64,000 nucleotides of DNA. Origin: Octopus sinensis. Lineage: Eukaryota. The stretch covers positions 44,392,001 to 44,456,000 of the forward strand of contig NC_043010.1 of NCBI RefSeq assembly GCF_006345805.1. The letters are read 5' to 3'. This document shows, piece after piece, positions 1 to 11,803 of the stretch. The position numbers were made by a program, and so were the translations under genes. Within the stretch, counting starts at the first letter, position 1. Each line of letters opens with the position of its first letter. The notes under the pieces are model-generated. The model saw only the letters and a program-made list of their open reading frames with translations, was not told the origin of the DNA and ran no database searches.

Positions 1-292
1 ACACCTTTCACTTCACTAAGAATTTTTGCTTCTATGGAATTCCACAACTTAATTACACAGCAATTTTTGTTTTTAAATTACACCATTGTGCAATATTTGT
101 TTTTAAATTTCACCACCTTTTTATAATAACAATCATAAGTTATCCATTATTCATCACCTCTACTAAACTGTTTCTTTACTTTAAATTATGTACATCCAGA
201 CAATAGCTATGTACAACTCCCAACCTTTACTCCCCTACTGCCATTCATCTACCAATATTTTCCCCCACCTCTTCTTACAATGCAATTATATC

Positions 293-664
293 TTTTAGTT
301 GTTTCAGTCATTAGACTGTGGCCATGCTGAAGCATCACCTTGAAGAATTTTAGTTGAATGAATCGAACCCAATACTAATTTTTTTTGAATTTCTGGTACT
401 TATTCTATCAGTCTCCTTTGCTGAACTGCTAAGTTATGTGGATGTAAACACACCACCAAGTGATGATGGGGACAAACACAAAGACACACACACATACCCC
501 TGATGGGCTTCTTTCAGTTTCTATCTACCAAATCCATTCACAAAGCTTTGGTTGGCCTGAGACTATAGTAGAACACACTTGCCCAAGGTGTCAAGCAGAG
601 GGACTGAACCCAGGACCATATGGTTGGGAAGCAAGCTTCTTACCTCACAGCTAAGCCTGTGCCT
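293..664 (-). mobile_element. tRNA-derived SINE, family A (octopus OR-type)
   Basis: Reverse complement matches the full-length copy at 62192 (tRNA-like head, ccttgggcaagtgt body, cagcatggcc.cagtc.aatgactgaaac tail). Confidence 0.85.
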
Positions 665-771
665 ATATAGGCACAACTTTTAATTTTCCATTAATGCTAA
701 GATTAATGGAAAATCTTAGCATTATTAACTATTGGCTAGTTAATAGTGAAACAAACTATACATTTGTAGCA

Positions 772-1565
772 TTCATCATCATCATCATCGTCTAACATCT
801 GTTTTCCATGCTGGCATGGGTTGGATGGTTTGACTGAGGTCCAGAGAGCCAGCGGCTGTACTAGGCTCCAATCTGTGCTGGCAATGTTTCTACAGCTGGA
901 TGTCCTTCCTAATGCCAACCACTCCAAGAGTGTAGTGGGTGCTTTTTACATGCCACTGGCACAGGAGCCAGTCAGGCAGGTCTGGCATTGATCATGTTCG
1001 GATAGTGCTTTTTATGTGCTACCAGCACAGGAGCCAGTCAGTGGGTACTGGCATTGGCTATGTTCGGATGGTGTTTTTTACATGCCACTGGAACAGGAAC
1101 CAGTCAGGGGCACTGGCCAAAGCTATGATTTGGTTTTACTTGACTCAACAGGTCTTCTCAAGCATACCAGATCATATCGCCCAACACATCAAGAGTACTC
1201 TTAAATGGGCCGGACATACAACACTTTAGTTGCCGGGTCTTCTCAACCACAGCATATCTCCAAAGGTCTCAGTCTCCTGTTATTGCTTCTGTGAGGCCCA
1301 ATGTTCGAAGGTCATGCTTCACCACCTCATTCCATGTCTTGCTGGGTCTACCTCTTCTACAAGTTCCTTCCGCAGTTAGGGTGTGGCACTTCCTCACACA
1401 GCTGTCCTCATCCATACGTAACACATGACCATACCAGTGCAGTCACCACTCTTGCACACCATATTTGATGCTTCTTGTGTCCAATTTTTATCTCAGGATG
1501 CTTACACTCTGTTGTGTATGCACACTGACATTACACATCCAGCAGATCATACTAGCTTCATTTCC
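772..1565 (-). mobile_element. 5'-truncated RTE-clade LINE: ORF2 C-terminus plus 3' UTR and (ATG)n tail
   Basis: The minus strand translates to RNEASMICWMCNVSVH...RLHWYGHVLRMDEDSCVRKC...GRPSKTWNEVVKHDLRTLGLTEA...WRYAVVEKTR. It is followed by the ggttggcattaggaagg(g/a)catccagc UTR and an atg-repeat tail at about 775-790. Confidence 0.85.
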
Positions 1566-1653
1566 TATATTTATAAAACACACACACACACATTGGTCAG
1601 TCAGTCAGTCAGGAGGAAGAGGCTATTATATAAATAGAGGAATTTATCTATAA

Positions 1654-1736
1654 ATATAATATTTGACAATTATTAGGTAGCTATGATAAAACTCTGAGTT
1701 TTATCATAGCTACCAAATAATTGTCACATATTATAT
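1654..1736. repeat. 83-nt near-perfect inverted repeat (40-bp arms, 3-nt loop)
   Basis: Arms 1654-1693 and 1697-1736 pair at 38 of 40 positions (checked base by base); the loop is ctg. Confidence 0.9.
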
Positions 1737-1836
1737 ATATAAATAAAGTTAATCTAAACATGAAAACACAACAATGCGAGGACGTGGAACAAGTATAGTA
1801 TTATTGGATGCTCAGGAAAGAAAAGGAAGATAGAGG

Positions 1837-1871
1837 ATTTAATGTTTCGAGCGTAGCTCTTCATCAGAAAC
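1837..1871 (-). ncRNA. Minimal type I hammerhead-ribozyme-like motif (family 1, PLE-type), decayed
   Basis: Minus strand reads gttt CTGATGA A GAGC tac GCTC GAAAC AT T aaat. The core and stem II are perfect. The palindromic ACGT of stem III has become ACAT, consistent with CpG decay. Confidence 0.6.
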
Positions 1872-3369
1872 ATAGAAACAAGAAAGATCCAAGGAAGGGA
1901 AGACAGAGGAAAAACACACACAAATAAACAAATATTGAATTAGAAGAAAATGAAAACTAAGCAGTCGAGTGCCCATCACTGACAAGATCAAGGAAGCTCA
2001 AAATCATGTAATCTGGTGGTCACAGCACTGAGGATGGTGGGGATTTATCTCCCCACCAGTGACATAAAACATGCTTGCATTTTGTACCAAAAGCTTATAT
2101 GAGAGTTTCTCTCATGGTATCTACGCAGTAAAGATTGTTCTAACAGAACATTTGTGTTTAACTAGGGATAAATATTAGTTCTTGGTATTGATACTGTCTC
2201 TGTATTATTCTGATACTCCTGATTTTGTTTGCACTCTGAGTGTGTACTTGTTTTTTTATTTACATTTATGTCAACATTGCCAGAAACCTGGTCATGATAT
2301 AAATTAAAACCAACACGAAAAGTATATTTTGTAAAAAAAAAAAAAAGGAAATTTGTAATGATAAATAAAGCAAATAAAATGAAAAGAACTTAAATATATC
2401 TTGTATTTGACTATTCTCAATAAATTATTAAATTATTTCCAATATTGATACTGTATGACAAATTTTCACAAGAGATGTATAATTAATAGTATAGTTAACT
2501 GAACTGAATTCTGCACATGCCTAGTACTTGTTTCATGAATTTTGGTGAGATAAAAGGCAAAGTCAACCCAACTAGAATTTGAACTCAGAACATAACAGAA
2601 AGAAAAATATCTTAAGATATTTAATCTAGCATGCACATGTATGCATACACATAAACACACAACATGTGTGTATGCATGTAAATATGTGTGTGTGTGTGTT
2701 TATACGGTAAGAGAAAAAGAAAGAGATGTAGCTAAATAGAAACAGACAGATGAATCATTAAAAATAAATAGCCACATAGATATAGACAGATACATAGAGA
2801 GGGATAGATAGAGAGACAAAATGACAAGCCATAAGATAGATAGACAGGAAGACAGATAGATAGATACATATTCCACAATAGGTGAATACACTATAATATT
2901 CCATATACATATAGTATGTACAATCACACACATGCAACAAAATGGGATATGTAAACTGTCATAAATATGTTTAGTAAAGTATTCAACTCTTCACATATGT
3001 TTTATATTTATGTTTCCATTCATAGTAACAGCTGATCTCTTTTAAGCTACACAGTCTCTCCATCAGTTTGCCAACATATCTAAAATCTGATATTGTAACT
3101 TTAATTTATCTAACTACCTGGTTCTCATATTTGTTATAGTCTCACTGCCTGTCTTCAGCAATCAATCCATCCCAAAGAAATAAATTACTGAGATTAATTA
3201 CTTAGTGAAGCCATCCAAATCAAAAATACTAGTTAATTTAGTGGCAATATATTTAACAAAGTGAAGGTAAAAAATTTGATAGGAACTGCTTAAACAGTGA
3301 AGACAAGACAATAACACTACCTCAATAACTAATATTATTTAAATATTTTCAACAAGTAATGGGGGACAA

Positions 3370-3410
3370 CTCCAGACATGTTTGAGTATTATTAGACCTC
3401 CTCAGTGAAG
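3370..3410 (-). ncRNA. Minimal hammerhead-like motif (family 2), decayed
   Basis: Minus strand reads cttca CTGAGGA GGTC taataa tact CAAAC ATGT C tggag. Stems I and III are intact; G12 and the 3' arm of stem II are mutated. Confidence 0.5.
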
Positions 3411-3826
3411 TATAGACTTCACTGCACTTGCATAAATATTAGTCAATATACCAGTCCCAAATCTAATCGTCTGTCTCTTTCTCAGACTGTTCTTTTAGCA
3501 TGCATGTTTGTTTCTTAGTATATCCCTAATACCTTAATCTAAATACAAGACAAACAACTAAGTCTATTTGGTGGTCAGTCTGTTAGACAACATGTAGGTA
3601 TTTCATTCTGTCTGCAACTCAGTTCCTTTGTTTGCTAGTGTCTTACTTCACTTTTGGTCATTTGTCCATCTGCTGGCCTCTTAGTATGACTATCGTTAGT
3701 CTGTCTCTCTATCGTTATCTTTTATCTACCTGCCTTTCCCTTTCATACAGTTTGTTTATTTGTCAGTTTACTCCCTCACTCATTAAAAACGAAACAATGA
3801 AAATAATAAACCAACTTCATACTTAC

Positions 3827-3870
3827 AGCTGTAGACTCCTAAAGACCTCGACAACCTTTCTACCGTCCAT
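3827..3870 (-). CDS. Candidate alternative first coding exon (MDGRKVVEVFRSLQL, phase-2 donor)
   Basis: ATG in good context (aaatATGG) at 3870, 14 open codons plus 2 nt, then a consensus donor |gtaagtatg at 3826. Its phase matches the donor of the Gln-rich exon. No homology evidence. Confidence 0.3.
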
Positions 3871-4284
3871 ATTTCCATTGACAGACACAGTGCAATGGTT
3901 ATGGTGTGTTAATCAACCTCAGAGAGTGGATTGGTAGAAAGGATAGTACATGTGGTAGTGCTAGTAATAGTAGAGAGGTCATACAACCTTTACCTCCATT
4001 CTTATCTTCCAGCCATACTTGATGATCATGTTGAAGTTGTATGAGTTAATAATGATGAAGATGGGTAGGATATAAATTGTTAATAGTTGTGTGTGTGTGT
4101 TTGTGTAGGGGTAGTATATTCTCCTTAATGTTTCCTTTGTGGTAGTGGTCAGCGATGATAATGATAACGGTGCTGGTAGTTTTATAAGAAACACCCATTT
4201 AAAAACAGACAAACAGGTAAGCAAATATATTTAAAAATCATTTTCACTTTAATTTCTCTCTCACACACAAGCATACACACATAC

Positions 4285-4322
<38 letters not shown>

Positions 4323-4603
4323 CTATGCACACGGGAAGTTGCTACAAGTTTACAGCTTTGGCAAAACTTTCATCTCTCATCCTTGTAATGCTGCTACTTG
4401 AGGATAGCAGTGAGAGAGAAAGAGCTGTGAAGACTCCTGCGTTATTAGTTAAAATGCTACATCTGCTCTGTCAGGTAGAGCCTGGAAAATAAAAGGGTAC
4501 TTGTATGGAAGGTAGGTATAAATAAATGAATAACATTAGGGCTTGGTTTGTAATTGCAGCTAAAAATAAAGACACCAGTCTGTAAGCTAGGATGAAATTG
4601 TTA

Positions 4604-4607
<4 letters not shown>

Positions 4608-4651
<44 letters not shown>

Positions 4652-5060
4652 CGAAGTGAGAGTGAGGTGAAACGTGGAGAAATATAGAGAAATGAAAGTA
4701 AAACAAAGAATATAAAGAAATGGAAGAAAAAGGAAAGAAAAAATGAATGAAAGTGAAAAAGAATATGAGAAAAATATAAGAAAATGAAAATAAAGGAAAA
4801 GGGTAGAAGAAAGAATAAAGACGAAGAAAATGAATAAAACGCAAAAGCTAAATGAAGAAATGAAGAGAATGAACGAAGAAAGAGAAAACAATAAAGAGAA
4901 AAAAAGAAGAGAGAGAAATAACAAGGTGAGAGAGTGAGAGTAGGAATAACAGTGAGAAGAGAAAGAGAAAGAAATAAAGAAAAGAAACAGAAGAAACTGA
5001 ATGCAAAGAACAATAAAAAGAAAAAGAATGAAGAAAAGAATAGACAAATATTTCACTGAA
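4608..5060. repeat. (TA)n microsatellite followed by a purine-rich (GA/A) low-complexity tract
   Basis: Visible directly in the sequence. Confidence 0.9.
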
Positions 5061-5617
5061 GTACTTGGGATGGTAGAATTATCTGTGGGTGAGAAGAGTT
5101 GTTCCTCTCTCCATCCCTCACCTTATTTTTCAAAAGAATGATTGCACTGGTGCTGGCTGGTGTGTAGGCAAATGGTAGTGGTATGGAAGGGATGGTAGGG
5201 TAGCAATATGTGGTGGGGGGGTTATGGGGGAGGGGAGGAAATTGAAGCTAAATTGGCAAGCAAGCGGGTGGGACAGTAAATAAATGAATGGATGCATGGC
5301 TGGATGGAGAACAGAGTAAGAGAAGAGATTACCAAACGATGTTGTATTTGGGGAGGGGAAAGATGGTGGTAGATATATATTTAGTAAACAAGAGTCAGCT
5401 GTAAATGATACTAGATATTATGAGTGATAAATAAATTCCATTTGGTTCAGTACATTAGGTATGGTAGCCTGCACTTAACTATATGTTTTTTTGTGCAGAA
5501 GGTAATCTGAGAAAATTTTTCAACATAATTATTTGAAATTATCTTATCGGTGAATATTCTTCACAAAAAGATTATGCTGTCTCAGTCACTCTTTAATCTG
5601 GTATGTGTTAGACTACA

Positions 5618-5658
5618 CTTTGCTGAGGAGGTCTAATAGGACCAAAACATGTTTGGAG
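5618..5658 (+). ncRNA. Minimal hammerhead-like motif (family 2, ACATGT stem III), decayed
   Basis: ctttg CTGAGGA GGTC taatag GACC AAAAC ATGT T tggag. Stem II is perfect; G12 has changed to A (CCG to CCA). Confidence 0.55.
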
Positions 5659-6015
5659 TCGTCATCACAACAGCCAAAGAACTCACTCCACCTCCTTTTT
5701 AATCAATTTAAATTTCAGAGTTTTTCATTAATTGTACTTTATGACTTTCCTTCACATTTCAAGTTCAATTTCAACTGGTGTAATATATTAAATGTATAAA
5801 AAATGAGCTAGGGGAAGTAACTGAAGTGAGCCATGGCAAAAATTTAGATAGTTCAAGAAGAGGGTGATGTACTAAATGACTAATTCTAATAAATTCTATA
5901 TAATTTTCAATTTGTTTCTAGTTGGATGAAGAAAATCAAAACTGAACAGTAATTGTTAGCAACACTCAAAAGTAAGAGGAGATAATTAATCTTTGTTGAC
6001 AGGCAAAGTAACAGT

Positions 6016-6055
6016 CATGAACATGCTTCAGTCTTATTAGACCTCATTAGTGAAG
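6016..6055 (-). ncRNA. Minimal hammerhead-like motif (family 2), strongly decayed
   Basis: Minus strand reads cttca CTAATGA GGTC taataa GACT GAAGC ATGT T catga. Confidence 0.4.
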
Positions 6056-6334
6056 TATGATAGTTTGAAATCTGCTTTGATCAACAGCAGATACAGTACA
6101 ATGTGTATAATTACAAGAAATGAACTAAGTGAAATAACTCAAGTGGACTAATGACATAAATTTTAAATTTCAAGTAGGTAGTGATGTATTGAATATTTGT
6201 GAAAAAACATGTTAGTCACACTTGATGATAATATGTGATCTTAGTCTTATTGGTAGGTCTGTTACTCTTTACTGCCTCCAATTATTGTTTATGTTTAACA
6301 TAACTGACATTAAAACCACTGTAGTTGAAGTAGA

Positions 6335-6541
6335 TTTAAAATTTTGGCACAAGGCCAGCAACTTCGGGAGAAGTGGGTGAGTTACTTACATCAACCCCAG
6401 TGTTCAACTGGTGCTTGTTATAGCGATACTGGAAGGTGAAATGCAAAGTTGATCTTGGTGGAATTTGAACTCCAAACGTAAAGACAAAGTTCTGTAAAGC
6501 ATTTTGCCTGACATGCTAACGATTCTGCCAGCTCGCCGACT
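6335..6541 (-). mobile_element. tRNA-derived SINE, family C
   Basis: Reverse complement has the head ggcgagctggcagaatcgttagc, a B-box-like gagttcaaattcc and the tail ggccttgtgccaaaattt. Confidence 0.8.
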
Positions 6542-6842
6542 TTATTAGAGTAAAAAATTAGTGAAGGTTCAAGTCTGATCAAACAGAGGTACATATAGCC
6601 TCATTTATCAATGATTCAGAATAACACAGTCCACTCAATTGTAAACCATATTATGCTTAACGTGGATTGATTATGATAACACAGGTTGGCAATCGGTTGA
6701 AGGATCTACTTGTCCTCACAAAGATATGTCCCAGCAACCACCCTCAATGCTCAGCTACCCAGAATGTACTGATTATCGCTTGTGTTTACATGACTATGCT
6801 ATGAGGCTGCATATTCTTATATGGATTTATATACTCATACTC

Positions 6843-7108
6843 GTGGAAGCGCAATGGCCCAGTGGTTAGGGCAGCGGACTTGTGGTCTGAGGATCACAGT
6901 TTTGATTCCCAGACCGGGCGCTGTGTGTGTTTATTGAGTGAAAACACTTAAAAGCTCCACGAGGCTCCAGCAGGGGGTGGTAGCAGCCCCTGTTGTACTC
7001 TTTCACCACAACTTTCTCTCATTCCGTCCAGCTTGGAGGAACACATATGCCACAGAAACAAAGAAACCAGGCCCATGAGCCTGGCTAAGCTTGAAAAGGG
7101 CGACGTTT
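6843..7108 (+). mobile_element. tRNA-derived SINE, family D (internal deletion relative to the 14.1-kb copy)
   Basis: A-box tggcccagtggttagggc, B-box-like gtttgattccc, and tail ggcccatgagcctggctaagcttgaaaagggcg. Confidence 0.85.
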
Positions 7109-7169
7109 TTACGTTTTTATACTCATGCTCATCAACATAGGTCACCACTGAACAAATTAATGCCAAAGC

Positions 7170-7295
7170 AACTGAACCTTAAAAGATGTGGACATGTGCA
7201 TTTTTTACAGAGAAAGGTAGATGGTGGAAGCTTTGCTATTGTGGGTCACGAGTTTGGTGTCAATGAATCTATCATTTGTTCCATTTACAAAGCGT
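7170..7295 (+). mobile_element. Tigger/pogo-like transposase N-terminal HTH (CENP-B_N/psq-like) relic
   Basis: Translates to KVDGGSFAIVGHEFGVNESIICSIYK, resembling the G.S.A.VGR.YGVNESTIRSI.K motif. Short match only. Confidence 0.45.
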
Positions 7296-7477
7296 ATGGA
7301 GATGATTCATTTAGCATTTGTTTTTTTAACCAAATCCCCATGGAAAACAAGGGTAGATATATAATCAGATATAGGCCAAAGATGTACCAACCATAGCAGC
7401 CAAAGAGATGACAAAGAAATGAGATATCTGGTGCCTTGCTGTACTCAAGGAGATCCATCTGTCACAACAGAACTGAT

Positions 7478-7680
7478 GCCAGTGCTGGTGCCACATAAAA
7501 TACCCCCAGTACACTCTGTAGAGTGTTTGGTGTTAGGAAAGGCATCCTGCCATAGAAGCCATGGAGAACAGATAATGGAGCCTGGTATGGGCCCCTGGCC
7601 TTACCAGCTCTGGTCAAATTGTCCAATCCATGCCAGCATGGCAAATGCATGTTAAATGATAATGACCATCATCATCATGA
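7478..7680 (+). mobile_element. RTE 3'-UTR-type short element
   Basis: ccacataaaatacccc...ggtgttaggaaaggcatcc...ccatgccagcatgg...aaatgataatg. Confidence 0.75.
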
Positions 7681-7899
7681 TCCTTTTCCCTAATACCACA
7701 CTGTCCAGTGTGTCTTTTCTTTATGACTCTAGAGTAGTGATCTCAAACAATATGCTGCAAGGGCTATCTATGTGTGCTGTGGAATTTTAAAATATAATTT
7801 AAGGTTTTACAAAATCCATTCTTGAACATCTTGAAAAAGATGTTATTCATAATTTTGTTATACCAAGTATGATTAATAATGCAGGGTATCTTTTATCTG

Positions 7900-8240
7900 T
7901 AACTTGCTTCAGTCATTAGACTGTGGCCATGCTGGGGCACCTTGAAGAATTTTAGTCGAATTTATCAACCCCCAGTATTTATTATATTTTTGTAAAGCCT
8001 GGTACTTATTCTATTGGACTCTTTTGCCAAACAGCTAAGTTACGGGGAAGTAAACACATGAACACCCATTGCCAAGTGGTGGTGGGTCACACACACACAA
8101 ACACACACACACACACACACACACACATGACAGACTTCTTTCAGTTTTTGTCTACTAAATCCACTCACAAGGCTTTGGTCAGCCCGGGGCTATAGTAGAA
8201 GACACTTGCCCAAGGTGCCATGCAGTGGGACTGAACCTGA
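7900..8240 (-). mobile_element. SINE family A, head truncated
   Basis: Same body and tail as the other family A copies, with an internal (CA)n tract. Confidence 0.8.
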
Positions 8241-10624
8241 TAGTTTTCTACACTGTTTTTGACATGTAAAGTGCACCACCAGTATTTTGTGTCTAACCTT
8301 TAATATTGCACCACAATGATAAAAAAAAAAGTCTGAGAGCCACCATAGTAGTATTTAATTTGAGGGAGGTCTGCTGACTCATCATTGCTAGAGTTGTAAC
8401 AGGTCAATCCTGATGAAGCAGACAAATGATCAAAGGCACTCCAGTTGTGACTATCACATCTTTTCTAGGGGCATGTAGAATTACATTTTCTAATATGCTC
8501 TTTTCTTATTTTAAGACAGTAGATTGCAATTCAAGGGAGATTTAATTATTATTTCCATGCTTCGAAGTAGTGGTATTTTATATTAGTTTCTCAAAGGAAG
8601 CCGGGTAGCAATAATTATGGCTGGTGAAATCAAAGTGGCTGATGGAGTTAACGGGGACGGTGGTGTTGATGGTTTGAAACTTCAATGAAAAAGGGATGGT
8701 ATAGGGCTCAGCGATGCAGGAGACTAATGGAGAATAAATAGATGGTGAGGTGATGAGTGGGAAGAGGGAGGTTAAGATGGTGGAGAGAGATGGAATAGAT
8801 GGTAGCAGATGATATTTCAGTGAAGTAATTATATGATGGCAAGTGTGTACACATCACTTAAGTAGTTGAATGTATTGAAATGTGTGTGCTTGTAGTTGTG
8901 TACACACACACACAAAAAATATATATATAGTTATCCATTTCAAATCTTGTTTATATAACTTCTACATAAGTTTTAATAGATGTTATAGTTTGTTATTTAT
9001 AATTTATATTTTCTTTCCTTCACTTCACATAAAATAAAAATGTACAGGTTTTCTGGTTTAGAAATGCTTCAATGTTCACAGATTAGAATTACAGTATATG
9101 AAATAGTATATGTAATAACAATGTATACTAAGGAGAGGAGGAAGGGGTTAGATATATGTGTGCATGTGCACACGCATGTGTGTGTGTGTGGTTAGGAAAT
9201 TCAGTTCACAGTTACATAGTTTTAGGTTCAGTCCCACAGCACAGCACCCCGAGAACGTGTCTTCTACAATAGTCTCAAGCTGCCAAAGCCTTGTGAATGG
9301 ATTTGATGGATGGTAACTAAGAGCCCATAATGTGTGTGTGTGTGTGTGTTATCTTGACATCGTACACTAATTGTAAACAAATGTCACCATAATACAAGTG
9401 GTATCATTCATTCGCCATCTTTTATGAAAACATGCCTGGCCTTGTGCTGGTCATGTTCAAAGGACTAGGGGAAATATTAGTGTATTTAGAAATGGTGAGG
9501 ATTGATAATAGGAAGTGCATCTGGCCATAGGAAATCTGCTTCAATAAATTTCATATAAACCATATAAGTATGAAAAGTGGACATTAAAATGATGATGATA
9601 ACATATATATATATATTTGTGTATTAAGGCTATTGTTGGTTTCATGTTAAGGAATATATACCTCATCTCCATTTTGTAGTAAAATGTTTTAATCCAAACT
9701 GGAGATAAACACCAATGTTCCATATGATAGACTTGATAATTGTCGAGGTATCCCTTAACATGAAACCAATGGTAGCCTTAATACACAAATACAGAATCTT
9801 TATCCACTAATGCAGTGTTGAGCACTCATTCCCATTGTGCGATATTCACACACACATGCACACACATATTAGTATTGTGATTTATGCAATTTCAGATGCA
9901 ATCATTCTCAAGTTTATGCAATTGTTATTTTGTCATCAAAATTTGAATACTATGTATAAGAATTTGATTTATAGTACATATATTAAAAAAAATGAAAAAA
10001 TGCTGTATAGTGTCTCCTTTTGATAAGTTTTCTCTTAGCAACTACTGAATATATTGTTCTGATTATTGTCATAGATATGTGAACTGTGTTGTTCTGGTAC
10101 ATCTCTCTACTCTGTACATATGCTGTGTGTGTGTGTTGTTTTGTTTTGTTATTGTTGATTTATTGTTATAAGTTGTTAATTCAAGAAGCATGCTATTTGA
10201 AACCATGTTATTTGAAGGTTTACTATATTTACAATGCTCAATTACCATACAATTCTAAATGAATACATACTACTCATTAAAGCAGTAAAAGAGCTAAGAA
10301 GAGGAAAGTTATAGGAGTGGAAGAAAAATCAACAATATTTAGCAACCATGAAAGTGATGCTGTCAAAACTAAACTAAGCTGAGATCACGCTATCTATGAA
10401 TCAGCAGTTCATAATATTACTCAGAAAATAGTCTGGAAACCATGGTGAAAGGGTTGTATGGGAAAATTCAAGATTAGACAATAACTGAGCAGGCATTAGT
10501 GTTGATAAAAATTTTTCTCAAAAAGTGACAGAATTCTGAAATTCATTGGATTAAAAAGTAAATGGAAATATGCAAGGGGGTGGAAGTCTCATTTTTGATA
10601 GCTATGATTATAGCTTCAGGTATG

Positions 10625-11131
10625 TTTTGGTCAAATTAGAACTCCTCAGCAAACCAAGCAATAACAAAGGAGATCTAATGTGAGCAGCTTGAGTGGCTGA
10701 AGTCTGTGCTAGAAGGAAAACATCCATCTATGGTTTCAAGATGAAAGGTGTTCTTCCATCAGGATAATGCTCTGCCACATTCAACAAGGATGACATTCCA
10801 AAGACTGGAGCAGTTTGAATGGGAAACAATACCCTACCCACCATATTCGCCAGACATTGCCCCATCTGATTATCATTTATTCCACAGCCTTCAAAATCAT
10901 TTGGATGGAAAAAATATGAATTTTGTAGATGAGGCCTGAACAGCACTGGAGGAGTATTTTTCTCATGGACAAGTGAATTTTGGAAGAGGGGCCTTGCAAG
11001 TCTACCAGATAGATGGAAGAGCATTGTAGAAAATGAAGGAGAGTATATTTTAGATTAATAAAGAATTTTATCTTAATTTTGAAAAATAAAAGAAGTATAA
11101 AAAAGCTGCATCATTTATGGGATGATCCAAT
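10625..11131 (+). mobile_element. Degenerate mariner (DD34D) transposon, 3' half with right end
   Basis: FHQDNALPH...WETIPYPPYSPDIAPSDYHLFHSLQNHLDGK gives the second and third catalytic Asp. Stops and frameshifts are present. The terminal aaaagctgcatcatttatgggatgatccaat recurs at 46.1 kb. Confidence 0.9.
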
Positions 11132-11554
11132 GCATATGTATGTACATATATACACATGTATGTATCTTATAAACTCAAGTATACAGTGTCTTGTGCCAAA
11201 ATTTTAATCTAAGTCAGAAACAAGTTGTTATTCACATAGAGATTTTAGCCAAATCTCTTAATATTTTGATTAGTTTGGAAATAGACTGGGTATACATTAC
11301 CATGTATATCTTTAAAATATCAAGGTAGCTTAGACAAAATATTTTTTAATCTCACAAAATAATGGTTTTCTTGCAATATTCATGATACATTTAGTACTTG
11401 TTACTCCTTGGGTGGAATTCATACTGAGCGGTTTCGGCACTAAATATGTTAGGTATAGAAATGCTATTACATTACTTATCGTGGGAAAATTTCAACATTA
11501 ATTAAGAGGTGAGTGATGTATTTGGAATGTATTAAGAATGTCATATACATATAA

Positions 11555-11803
11555 AATAAAAATAAATGCGCCCTTTTAAAGCCTAGCCAGGCTCATGGGC
11601 CCGGTTTCCTGGTTTCTATGGTGTATGTGTACCCTAGCTGGACGGGACTCCAGTCCATCGCTGCGTTACTCATTTTTGCCAGCTGAGTGGACTAGAGCAA
11701 CGTGAAATGAAGTGTTTTGCTCAAGAAAACAACGCGTCACCTGGTCAAGGAATCGAAACAACAATCTTACGATTATGATGCTGACACCCTAACCTCTAAG
11801 ACA
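11555..11803 (-). mobile_element. tRNA-derived SINE, family E (shares its 3' ~110 nt with family D)
   Basis: tRNA-like head, a different middle segment, then gcgatggactgg..cccgtccagct...ggcccatgagcctggctaggctttaaaagggcg. Confidence 0.75.

Noticed and set aside
460-654. Short ORFs overlapping SINE and RTE UTR copies (also 36.6-37.1, 62.0-62.4 and 19.2-19.7 kb)
   Set aside because: They lie inside repeats and give similar spurious peptides in each copy.
4471-5056. Three overlapping Phe/Leu/Ser-rich minus-strand ORFs (85-180 aa)
   Set aside because: They are artefacts of a purine-rich low-complexity tract and a (TA)n microsatellite, which lack minus-strand stop codons.
6843-6915. tRNA-like A/B boxes here and at the other SINE heads
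   Set aside because: They run on into SINE bodies and do not form complete cloverleaves, so they are not tRNA genes.
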